IMG/VR virus record: IMGVR_UViG_3300028599_000010
Coordinates: 1 to 40,941 of that record
Origin: a virus
Taxonomy: Duplodnaviria > Caudoviricetes
DNA: 40,941 nucleotides
Strand: one strand, 5' to 3'
Notes under the pieces: model-generated
Told to the model about the DNA's origin: nothing
Databases searched by the model: none
Seen by the model: the letters and a program-made list of their open reading frames with translations, nothing else
Position numbers and translations under genes: made by a program
In this document: positions 7,219 to 14,290 of the stretch, in pieces
Position numbering within the stretch: position 1 is the first letter of the stretch
Layout of the letters: each line of letters starts with the position of its first letter

Positions 7219-7541
7219 TTCCAACCTTAAGATTGTAATCCCCGAAAGGGCGTTACGGTCTGCAACTGGTTACGATAATACGAAGCGCATAATAATAAAG
7301 ATGGGGCCAACACCGACCCGACCCAACTCTGTTGTAAGAGCGGTCATAAACAGACATCGAAGCACGTAAGGATTATGGCGTTCTGAGCCAATGGATAAAT
7401 CAGAAGTGAAGCGGTTGGTCTCCGATAAAAGACAGTCTGTGATACATCAGCAACATACTTGTAACCTCCCTGTGGTGGTGAAGTACGGTGGACGGTCTAT
7501 GGTTTAAAGATATATTGAATGGTTGAGGTTAATGGGTGGAA
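7219..7541 (+). ncRNA. putative large structured RNA (family unknown)
   Basis: Intergenic; nested stems with G-U pairs, a GAAA tetraloop and an end-to-end closing stem. Confidence 0.6.
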
Positions 7542-7554
7542 TGCGAGGTGAATT

Positions 7555-7734
7555 ATGCTTGATAGAGAAAAAATAAACATGTTAGTACGTCAATTATGGA
7601 TCGAGTTCAACAAAGGAGAGCTTAGCGATTTTTCTGATGATGCTGATTTAGATTTATGGACAAAAGTTACAGAACATCCAGCTATTCAAGACAGATTAAC
7701 CAAGCAGACTACAGACCAAGGCCGGATAAGTTAA
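7555..7734 (+). CDS. 59-aa hypothetical protein (MLDREKINML...)
   Basis: Hand translation; GAGGTG RBS. Confidence 0.7.
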   Translation: MLDREKINMLVRQLWIEFNKGELSDFSDDADLDLWTKVTEHPAIQDRLTKQTTDQGRIS

Positions 7735-7754
7735 CGCTACTATGGAGAAAAGTT

Positions 7755-7922
7755 ATGAATATTATTGAAGATGCTAAGAAAATTGCTAAATTGATTGCTG
7801 AAACTCAGACTGAGAAAAAAGGCGATCTTTTAATAGAGGTCGCTAATCAATTAGCAAAAAGAACTCAGCATTATACGTCATCTATAATTTATAGAGCTGG
7901 CGAGATTTATAACCAAGAGTAA
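7755..7922 (+). CDS. 55-aa hypothetical protein (start revised to MNIIEDAKK)
   Basis: GGAG RBS. Confidence 0.7.
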   Translation: MNIIEDAKKIAKLIAETQTEKKGDLLIEVANQLAKRTQHYTSSIIYRAGEIYNQE

Positions 7923-7944
7923 CCATAATAAATAGAGGTGAAAT

Positions 7945-8091
7945 ATGAATATAACGTCAACATGGGAATTTAGGTGTTTCTATTTTCCTGATGCTGCATT
8001 AAAGGAATTTAAGGATAGCTTAACTTCTTCTGGGCTGGCTGTTTTTCTGCTTGCCGAATCTCTTAATGAAATCAAAAGAAAGAATAAATAA
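7945..8091 (+). CDS. 48-aa hypothetical protein
   Basis: Hand translation; GAGGTG RBS. Confidence 0.55.
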   Translation: MNITSTWEFRCFYFPDAALKEFKDSLTSSGLAVFLLAESLNEIKRKNK

Positions 8092-8121
8092 AACTTGAAT
8101 TATTGTGTAATGAGTATTTAC

Positions 8122-8208
8122 AGATTAAATAAAAAACAAGCTTTACTTTCTAAAAGATTGTGCTATCATGAGTAATAGTTAATGAGGTTAGGAGGAGATG
8201 AAATGAAA
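8122..8208 (+). promoter_or_regulatory. repeated promoter module, copy 1
   Basis: A-rich UP element, TTTACT-N16-TATCAT with TGTG extension; near-identical to 9117-9199 and 12573-12660. Confidence 0.8.
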
Positions 8209-8373
8209 CTTAGTATTAAAATCTTTGGCAGATACTTTACTGCGTGCATAGGTAGGGAGACGCCTTGGTTCCGGCAGTTAGATTTTTTCTCTGTAACAGA
8301 AGAATTTTATGAAGACAATAAAATTTGTTATGCAGTTAGTATAATTTCTTTTTGGAGGAAATATGGAACCTGA
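8203..8373 (+). CDS. hypothetical protein (start revised to MKLSIK)
   Basis: AGGAGG RBS. Confidence 0.6.
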   Translation: MKLSIKIFGRYFTACIGRETPWFRQLDFFSVTEEFYEDNKICYAVSIISFWRKYGT

Positions 8374-8773
8374 AACATTAAAAAAAGAGCCTGAAATACT
8401 TGAAAAGTTTGCAGAAACGAGTAAATCACAACATAAAAGAATATGTATTCAATCTAAATGCGCTGTCCGTGATGAACTACAGGAACAGCTTGAGCAGAAA
8501 AATAAACAATTAGACAGGCAGGAAGCTGCAATATTTCGCTTAAAAGAGCATGACAGCTACCAGCGAGCAAGAATTAACAGGCTGGAGCAAAAGATTGAGA
8601 AAGGTAATAAATTAAAAGCCAGAAACGAGAAGTTGATAAATTTATCTAGCGATCTTGTCAGGTCTATCAACTGTGCCTTTAAAATCAATGAGCCTTATGG
8701 TCAAGAATGGCAATCAGTAGATGATGATGCCAACCTGTTAAATGAAGCCCTTAAATTAAACGAGGTGAAGTGA
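8363..8773 (+). CDS. mosaic coiled-coil protein (paralogous blocks with 11509 and 11891 genes)
   Basis: QEQLEQK, RNEKL and LNEVK blocks. Confidence 0.8.
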   Translation: MEPETLKKEPEILEKFAETSKSQHKRICIQSKCAVRDELQEQLEQKNKQLDRQEAAIFRLKEHDSYQRARINRLEQKIEKGNKLKARNEKLINLSSDLVRSINCAFKINEPYGQEWQSVDDDANLLNEALKLNEVK

Positions 8774-8812
8774 TGGCTGAAGCTCAAATTCAAGGCGGTA
8801 TCATGGATTTAT
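8755..8812 (+). repeat. 58-bp perfect direct repeat with 12220-12277
   Basis: attaaacgaggtgaagtgatggctgaagctcaaattcaaggcggtatcatggatttat. Confidence 0.95.
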
Positions 8813-9117
8813 TGCTCGTTCACAAAGATGTTGCCTGGGCAATGGTGATCACTACTGGGGTATTTAAAGTAAAAGGCGGGTACGTCACGGTAGGTCATTA
8901 CCTGGAGGATGAGCAGAAAAGTAAAACGGGAATGTCCGACATTATCGGACAATTGCGTGATGGTCGTATGCTGGCTATTGAAACTAAAGATATCGGGGAA
9001 AAACCTACTGGGGAACAGTACGCATTTATGGCGTTAGTGCGTACTAACGGCGGGGTGGCTTTTTGGTGCGACTCCATAACTGACTGTAATACCCACTTAC
9101 GGAAGTTCTTAGTGTGA
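8770..9117 (+). CDS. VRR-NUC domain nuclease
   Basis: GMSDIIG...AIETK...PT.EQ..F......GG PD-(D/E)xK pattern. Confidence 0.88.
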   Translation: MMAEAQIQGGIMDLLLVHKDVAWAMVITTGVFKVKGGYVTVGHYLEDEQKSKTGMSDIIGQLRDGRMLAIETKDIGEKPTGEQYAFMALVRTNGGVAFWCDSITDCNTHLRKFLV

Positions 9118-9199
9118 GAGATTAAATAAAACTATATCTTTACTTTAAGATTGTGCTATCATGAGTAGTAGTTAATGAGGAGAAGATGAAATGAAATTG
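9117..9199 (+). promoter_or_regulatory. repeated promoter module, copy 2 (spacer shortened to 12 nt)
   Basis: Same sequence with a 4-nt spacer deletion; extended -10 retained. Confidence 0.75.
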
Positions 9200-9763
9200 A
9201 ATATACAAGTAGAGCTGGAATGGTTAGATGAAGAAGGAAATATTGATGAAGAAGTTCAACACCAAATTATATCTGGCGTAAAGCAGGCAATAAGTAAAGA
9301 CTGCTTAAATCTAGTTGAGAAAAAAACACAAAAAGCGATAGATGATGGGATGAACTCAGCTATTAAGATTATGCAAGATAAGGTGTCTGAATTTTTCGAT
9401 AACTGGTTAAAAACTGAGGCAACTATTACTGATAAATATGGGGATAAGGTAGAGGAGGGATCTTTGAAGGATATTATCAAGCGTCAATTTAATAATGCTA
9501 TGAATGAAAAGGTCGATCAAAATGGAAGTCCTTCTAGCTACGGTTCAAGATATACTCGATTAGAGTTTGTGACCGGAAAGAAAGTTAAGGAAGTTGTTAG
9601 TGATTACTTATCAAGCTACGGAAAAGATATTGATAAAACAATAAAAACAAATATAGAGCAAGGAATTAAGTCTAGGGTTTCTGATAAATTTGCTGAAATG
9701 GTTATTGGTTACGCCAAACAAGATCACCTTAATCAAAAAGCAATTGAAAACAATAAAAATTAG
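9191..9763 (+). CDS. hypothetical protein
   Basis: GAGGAG RBS, 190 aa. Confidence 0.85.
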   Translation: MKLNIQVELEWLDEEGNIDEEVQHQIISGVKQAISKDCLNLVEKKTQKAIDDGMNSAIKIMQDKVSEFFDNWLKTEATITDKYGDKVEEGSLKDIIKRQFNNAMNEKVDQNGSPSSYGSRYTRLEFVTGKKVKEVVSDYLSSYGKDIDKTIKTNIEQGIKSRVSDKFAEMVIGYAKQDHLNQKAIENNKN

Positions 9764-9776
9764 GGTTAATTACTAT

Positions 9777-9995
9777 ATGACACCACCTAATGAAATAAAG
9801 CTCGGTATCGGTTTGTGGGCAGTCGGGATAATTGGCTGCGTTCTAACAGTGCTCTACGCCACTGAGCATGAAGAAGTACTTTATTTGATTTCTGGTAGCG
9901 TCTTAGCAATAGGAACCGTATTTAAATGGTGCGGAGCTTTTGACCTTTTGTGTGATGATTTTGACGAAGAAATAAAAGATAGTTATACAGAGTAG
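9777..9995 (+). CDS. small membrane protein (2 predicted TM; start revised)
   Basis: Two hydrophobic segments. Confidence 0.55.
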   Translation: MTPPNEIKLGIGLWAVGIIGCVLTVLYATEHEEVLYLISGSVLAIGTVFKWCGAFDLLCDDFDEEIKDSYTE

Positions 9996-10007
9996 AGGAG
10001 AAGAATA

Positions 10008-10265
10008 ATGACAAAATTTACAGTAACAGTATCGCACTTAGTTGAAGTTGATTTAGATGAGTCTAAATTTACACCTGAATTTATGAATGAATTTAGAGAA
10101 AACTTTTACCCGTTTCTGTCAGTAGAAGATCATGCAAACCATATAGCTCAACTGAAAGTAAGGGAGTTATTAATGCCATTTATTGAAGGGTATGGGCCAG
10201 CATCAGATTTTGGTATTTCTGCCGAAGTTGTTGACGTATCAATGGACACCATCCTTAAAGAGTAA
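10008..10265 (+). CDS. hypothetical acidic protein
   Basis: GAGGAG RBS. Confidence 0.8.
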   Translation: MTKFTVTVSHLVEVDLDESKFTPEFMNEFRENFYPFLSVEDHANHIAQLKVRELLMPFIEGYGPASDFGISAEVVDVSMDTILKE

Positions 10266-10284
10266 TGATTGATTAGGAGGAGAT

Positions 10285-10494
10285 ATGAGAACGGTTATCC
10301 CAGAAGTTATACAGGTAGATTGCGATTTTTGCGGCGCTTCTGTCGGAGTGGAAGAAAATAAGATAAAGCTATCTGGAAGCTCTCTTGATAGAGGCGTCCC
10401 AGTTGGTCCAGCTTACATGAGTGGTGATTTTGATTGCTGTTTTGATTGCTATTCAACGTTTACCAAGCTTATTAAAAGCCTGCGCGGGGACTAA
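10285..10494 (+). CDS. small zinc-binding protein
   Basis: CDFC...CFDC; AGGAGG RBS. Confidence 0.75.
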   Translation: MRTVIPEVIQVDCDFCGASVGVEENKIKLSGSSLDRGVPVGPAYMSGDFDCCFDCYSTFTKLIKSLRGD

Positions 10495-10568
10495 GCCGCC
10501 TTATCCTGCATAACCGAGCAATATTATGAGTCATAAGATAAATATGACCAACGTATAAAGGAGAGTGA

Positions 10569-11063
10569 GTGATGATTATAAAAAACAAATGGAATGGCCA
10601 AGTAATATTTGATGGCGATAAAGCTGACCTTCGCGGAGCCGATTTGCGCGGAGCCAATTTGCGCGGAGCTGATTTGCGTGAAGTTGATCTTCGCGAAGCC
10701 AATTTGCGTGAAGTTGATTTGTACGGAGTTGATTTGCGCGGAGCTGACCTTCACGGAGCTGACCTTCGCGGAGTCGATTTGTACGAAGTTGATTTGCGCG
10801 GAGCCAATTTGCGCAAAGCTGATTTACGCGGAGCCGATTTGCGCGGAGCCGATTTGTACGGAGCTGGATTAGTTATTCAAGGCCTTCTCTGGTATGTACA
10901 AATAACCAAAAATCACATGTGGATAGGGTGTGAATCTCACGATATAACAGAGTGGGAAAAGTTCACTGATGCAGAAATTGAAGCAATGGATGAGGATGCC
11001 TTGGGTTTCTGGCTAGAAAATAAAGACATGCTTTTAAAGGCGTGTGAGAAGTTTAAGGAGTAA
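10569..11063 (+). CDS. pentapeptide-repeat protein
   Basis: Tandem A(D/N)LRG-type repeats; C-terminal IGCESH..EW..F domain. Confidence 0.95.
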   Translation: MMIIKNKWNGQVIFDGDKADLRGADLRGANLRGADLREVDLREANLREVDLYGVDLRGADLHGADLRGVDLYEVDLRGANLRKADLRGADLRGADLYGAGLVIQGLLWYVQITKNHMWIGCESHDITEWEKFTDAEIEAMDEDALGFWLENKDMLLKACEKFKE

Positions 11064-11066
11064 GAA

Positions 11067-11144
11067 ATGAAAAGCCAAGAGATACAGAGTGATGAATACA
11101 CCAAAGACCAACATATAAAGGAGAGTGGTTGTGATGATATTTGA
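11067..11144 (+). CDS. 25-aa micro-ORF ending in the junction peptide DQHIKES
   Basis: AAGGAG RBS; hand translation. Confidence 0.45.
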   Translation: MKSQEIQSDEYTKDQHIKESGCDDI

Positions 11145-11424
11145 ATTTATGTTCACTACCGAAGAGGGTAAAGCTGTGTTAATGATTCTTAGTTGGTTGT
11201 GTGGTTTCTTTACTATGGCTCTATTGCGACCATCGAGGGTAAGCGATAAAAAGAAAGCAAACATTGAACTGGTTAAGGCCGTGAGAGAATTAGCTGATGA
11301 TATGGAGTTATCACTTGCCTATATGAGTGACGTAAGCAGAGCACACATGCGTGAAGACATTAAGAAATACCGCGCTATTGCTGATAAATACGACCAACGT
11401 ATAAAGGAGAGTGATTGTGAGTGA
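11125..11424 (+). CDS. membrane-anchored hypothetical protein
   Basis: N-terminal hydrophobic segment; ends DQRIKESDCE. Confidence 0.75.
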   Translation: MVVMIFEFMFTTEEGKAVLMILSWLCGFFTMALLRPSRVSDKKKANIELVKAVRELADDMELSLAYMSDVSRAHMREDIKKYRAIADKYDQRIKESDCE

Positions 11425-11512
11425 ATTACTAATTAGTTTAATTGTTATTCCGTATATTATTTTAATGATTGAGCATCGAGTAATCTTTGGCGTATGGGAG
11501 TTATTGTTATGA
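11417..11512 (+). CDS. 31-aa hydrophobic peptide
   Basis: GTG start after the repeat RBS; ATGA overlap with next gene. Confidence 0.55.
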   Translation: MSELLISLIVIPYIILMIEHRVIFGVWELLL

Positions 11513-11904
11513 ATAGAATTAAAAAAGCCTTTGATGTGTTGAGGTCTGATTGTAATAACAAGTTAATAATAAATGACATGCTCGGCGTGTTAGAAGAAGA
11601 AATCAGACAGTTAAATGAAGGTATAGCGCATATCAATGAAGCTGGTTGGCAATGTGAAGCAAGGCTTGAGCAGAAGGATAAAGAGATTGAATCCTTAAAA
11701 GGCTTAGAAGACCATCTAAACAAAAGGGATAAAATAAACAGGGAGGAAATCGAGAAGCTTGAGCGGGTTGTTAAACAGATAGCTAGAGGCGAATACAGGC
11801 AAGGCGTAAATTTTCCCCAGTTTGATTTTGCCAATAGGATTGCCAAAGAAGCCCTTAACCAATTAAACGATGGCCAACGTATAAAGGAGAATGATGATGA
11901 GTGA
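11509..11904 (+). CDS. mosaic coiled-coil protein (start revised to MNRIKK)
   Basis: LEQKDKEIE and EKLE blocks; ends GQRIKENDDE. Confidence 0.8.
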   Translation: MNRIKKAFDVLRSDCNNKLIINDMLGVLEEEIRQLNEGIAHINEAGWQCEARLEQKDKEIESLKGLEDHLNKRDKINREEIEKLERVVKQIARGEYRQGVNFPQFDFANRIAKEALNQLNDGQRIKENDDE

Positions 11905-12238
11905 TTGCTGGCCAGAACAGGAAGCGATTGAGAAGTGGTTTGATGAGTATGTTCGAGAGAAATACGGCATACATCATTCAAATCAAAACTTAATGGAATT
12001 AAAAAAGGCTGTGACTAAGCCACGTCTTGACCTGCAGGAACAGCTTGAGCAGAAAGATAAAGAGATTGAGCTATCAGAGCAATTTATAGAAGGTTTATCC
12101 GGTGCAGCTTCAAGACTGAAAACCAGAAACGAGAAGCTTGAGCAAGCAATTCAAAAAGCTATAGATGATGATGATTCATGGGGTGCTGATGTAACTATGC
12201 AGCTTATGTTAGATGATGTATTAAACGAGGTGAAGTGA
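11891..12238 (+). CDS. mosaic coiled-coil protein
   Basis: QEQLEQKDKEIE, RNEKLE and LNEVK blocks. Confidence 0.8.
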   Translation: MMMSDCWPEQEAIEKWFDEYVREKYGIHHSNQNLMELKKAVTKPRLDLQEQLEQKDKEIELSEQFIEGLSGAASRLKTRNEKLEQAIQKAIDDDDSWGADVTMQLMLDDVLNEVK

Positions 12239-12279
12239 TGGCTGAAGCTCAAATTCAAGGCGGTATCATGGATTTATGA
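12235..12279 (+). pseudogene. 14-codon copy of the VRR-NUC N-terminus (MMAEAQIQGGIMDL*)
   Basis: Lies within the 58-bp repeat; stop overlaps ATG 12276. Confidence 0.8.
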
Positions 12280-12581
12280 ATGATAAAAATAAAACTTCCC
12301 TACCCGCTGCCAACCTGGAACAGGATATTAGCCATGCACCCTTGGGAGAGAAAGAAACTAAGGGATTGGATACACGCGTCAATATCCACGTTATCAGTTA
12401 CAGGTCAAGAAACCACGATCCTGACGGTATATCAGCCAAAGCCGCGATTGATGGAATTGTACGGCTCGGAATACTATCAGATGATTCGGCCAAAGAAGTC
12501 AAAAAAGTTAGCTTCGAAAGCTTCATTTGCAAAAAAGGCGAAGAAGAAAGGACGGAAATATTAATTGATACAAGAGATTAA
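12276..12581 (+). CDS. RusA-like Holliday junction resolvase, catalytic-half frame
   Basis: R.HDPDG...K..IDGIVRLGILSDD..KEV matches the RusA acidic motif spacing. Confidence 0.75.
   Translation: MNDKNKTSLPAANLEQDISHAPLGEKETKGLDTRVNIHVISYRSRNHDPDGISAKAAIDGIVRLGILSDDSAKEVKKVSFESFICKKGEEERTEILIDTRD
12280..12564 (+). CDS. overlapping-frame ORF with a RusA-like N-terminus and basic tail
   Basis: IKLPYPLPTWN...HPWERKKLRD resembles the RusA LPxPPSxN start. Confidence 0.55.
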   Translation: MIKIKLPYPLPTWNRILAMHPWERKKLRDWIHASISTLSVTGQETTILTVYQPKPRLMELYGSEYYQMIRPKKSKKLASKASFAKKAKKKGRKY

Positions 12582-12660
12582 ATAAAAGTATATCTTTACT
12601 TTATAAAAGATTGTGCTATCATGAGTAATAGTTACTTACTTAGGAGAATAAAATGAAATG
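12573..12660 (+). promoter_or_regulatory. repeated promoter module, copy 3
   Basis: TTTACT(12595)-N16-TATCAT(12617). Confidence 0.8.
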
Positions 12661-13306
12661 GGCAGCATTTACACTAACAATAGCTTTATTAATTACGCTT
12701 AACGCAAAGGCTGATGTCGAGGTGAACTTAAAGCAGTTCTCTGACACGTCAGGCGATGAGTATTTTAAATTTGGTTCTTGGCGTGGGATTGAAGTTAAAT
12801 ATCAAGAAGATCCGGAAAGTTTATTTTATTTTATCTCGTATGACACCGCTAGTGTGTCCCTAGCTTTTGATATTAATTTTTTAGGGATGGGTGCAGGCTT
12901 TAAGAACCCCTTGACAAGCTCAACTAATATCTATGGCCAGCTAGGGTATTACTTTGTAGAAACCTCATTAGAAGGGCGCTTTGACTGCCCACTCCCGTGC
13001 GGTGAAGGCCTGCATTATTTACTTAATCGCAAATGGGAGCCGCTTCACAATAGGGGGTTACTAAAGTTTGAAGAATACGAAATTGAGTCTGAGGGTGGAC
13101 TTGGTATTACGTTTGGCATCGAGACAACTCACAAACTGACTAAAGATACCAGTTTAGTCTTTGGTCTTGAGTTCCGCGCGCTGGATTTTACATTAGGCGT
13201 GCACGGTATGGCTCCCGAGCAGAATTATAATAAAACAGGGGCAAGATGGGAAACTCAGTTTAAAAGTGCGAGCAGTACCGCTTTTAAGGTGAGCTATTTA
13301 TTTTAA
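12653..13306 (+). CDS. outer-membrane beta-barrel protein
   Basis: Signal peptide ending AKA; alternating beta-strand pattern; C-terminal FKVSYLF beta-signal. Confidence 0.8.
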   Translation: MKWAAFTLTIALLITLNAKADVEVNLKQFSDTSGDEYFKFGSWRGIEVKYQEDPESLFYFISYDTASVSLAFDINFLGMGAGFKNPLTSSTNIYGQLGYYFVETSLEGRFDCPLPCGEGLHYLLNRKWEPLHNRGLLKFEEYEIESEGGLGITFGIETTHKLTKDTSLVFGLEFRALDFTLGVHGMAPEQNYNKTGARWETQFKSASSTAFKVSYLF

Positions 13307-13311
13307 TTAGA

Positions 13312-13340
13312 GTGTATTTGATTGTACAATGTGTTATACT
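13312..13340 (+). promoter_or_regulatory. extended -10 sigma70 promoter
   Basis: GTGTAT-N17-TATACT with TG extension. Confidence 0.6.
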
Positions 13341-13383
13341 GAATAGGAAGGTAATACATTTAATGAGCATTAAATAATTTTAA

Positions 13384-13564
13384 GGGTGGTAACTGGTAAG
13401 CTCTTAAATGAGCACCTCCATTGTTCTACACAAACCTAGTGAATCGGTAAGACTTGGTACTCCGACCGATTAAAAGGGTGACAGCTCGGAGAGACGGCAC
13501 ATAATGGGTATGAAGCTGGAATCGTCCGTGTCAATGTCGTTATCGGCCAGCGGATTGCCCACCA
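13384..13564 (+). ncRNA. cluster of three small structured RNAs; the middle one is C4/CI-antisense-RNA-like
   Basis: Hairpins ending in CCA at 13420 and 13564; GTGACAGCTCGGAGAGACGGCAC motif at 13478-13500. Confidence 0.6.
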
Positions 13565-13659
13565 TATTCAAGAACTCGGGGGATAGTGGTTAATAATAAC
13601 ATGCTCAGCAATAATCGTATTTTACTGCATAAGAGCTTATTTGAGGCCGAAGGTGTGAT

Positions 13660-13965
13660 ATGAGTACATTAACAAAAGAGATGATTAGAGAAGCGATAAA
13701 GCTTTTACCAGAAAAAGAGCCTGGCAATATGTGTGATAGTAATCTTTATGGGATACCGATTATACCTGATCCATATATTCCAGACTTAGTGCCGGTTATA
13801 GAGCTGAGTAAGGATTTGATGGTAACTGACGAATTTAGAAAAAAGGCTAATCAGTTTTACATTGACTTATTCGGATATAAAAGCCCTATAGTTTTGAAAA
13901 CTCATTATGGTTACTTTATGGGGCCTAATCTTTATAATGTATTAGCGACGAATTGCACAGTATGA
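13660..13965 (+). CDS. hypothetical protein
   Basis: AAGGTG RBS; 101 aa. Confidence 0.75.
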   Translation: MSTLTKEMIREAIKLLPEKEPGNMCDSNLYGIPIIPDPYIPDLVPVIELSKDLMVTDEFRKKANQFYIDLFGYKSPIVLKTHYGYFMGPNLYNVLATNCTV

Positions 13966-14022
13966 ACGAACCCACAAAGAAATCATTGAGTGACGCATTA
14001 GACAGGTTTTTACTGGCTTGTA

Positions 14023-14038
14023 GGCCTCCGAAGAGGCC
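14023..14038. terminator. hairpin between convergent genes
   Basis: GGCCTC-CGAA-GAGGCC; weak T-tract. Confidence 0.5.
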
Positions 14039-14046
14039 ATTAAACC

Positions 14047-14238
14047 CTAAAGCTTAAGTTTCAGGAGCTCCAATAATTGATCTGGTATGTTTGGACGATT
14101 AGCTGACATCCACTCATAAACGGTACGGCGCGACCTAGAGACAAGCTTAGCAATATATCTAACAGCCTGGTCATTCGAGCACCGCTGACTATCCATAATA
14201 CCTTGTTTAATTTCCTGCATCTCTTTTGTTTTGCTCAT
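14047..14238 (-). CDS. small HTH protein (start revised to MSKTKEMQ)
   Basis: GGAGG RBS; IAKLVSRSRRTVYEW...IP..LLELL. Confidence 0.75.
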   Translation of the reverse strand: MSKTKEMQEIKQGIMDSQRCSNDQAVRYIAKLVSRSRRTVYEWMSANRPNIPDQLLELLKLKL

Positions 14239-14290
14239 AGCATCACCTCCGAAGCGCCAAGGATAAAGAATACTATTAGTATTAAATGTT

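Larger units (their letters stand above)
10546..11894 (+). repeat. junction repeat G(A/G)CCAAC(G/A)TATAAAGGAGA(G/A)TG x4 (10546, 11106, 11392, 11873)
   Basis: Seen directly; each copy contains the RBS of the next gene. Confidence 0.9.

Noticed and set aside
7219-7541. Hammerhead ribozyme or group I/II intron identity
   Set aside because: No CTGANGA/GAAA core in the right geometry, no recognisable intron core and no interrupted gene
7706-7750. Extra short matches (TACAGAC..AGGCC, GGATAAG, ACTAT-GGAG) to the tRNA trailer and sRNA
   Set aside because: Only 5-9 nt each; cannot be separated from chance without statistics
7656-7754. N-terminal extension of ORF 7656-7922
   Set aside because: Overlaps the better-supported 7555-7734 gene; the RBS favours ATG 7755
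10472-10872. Alternative-frame ORFs 10472-10702, 10524-10754 and 10609-10872
   Set aside because: Shadows of the 15-bp pentapeptide repeat
10546-11894. Junction repeats as a CRISPR array or integron attC sites
   Set aside because: Spacing is 286-560 bp of coding genes, the repeats are not palindromic, and no cas or integrase gene is present
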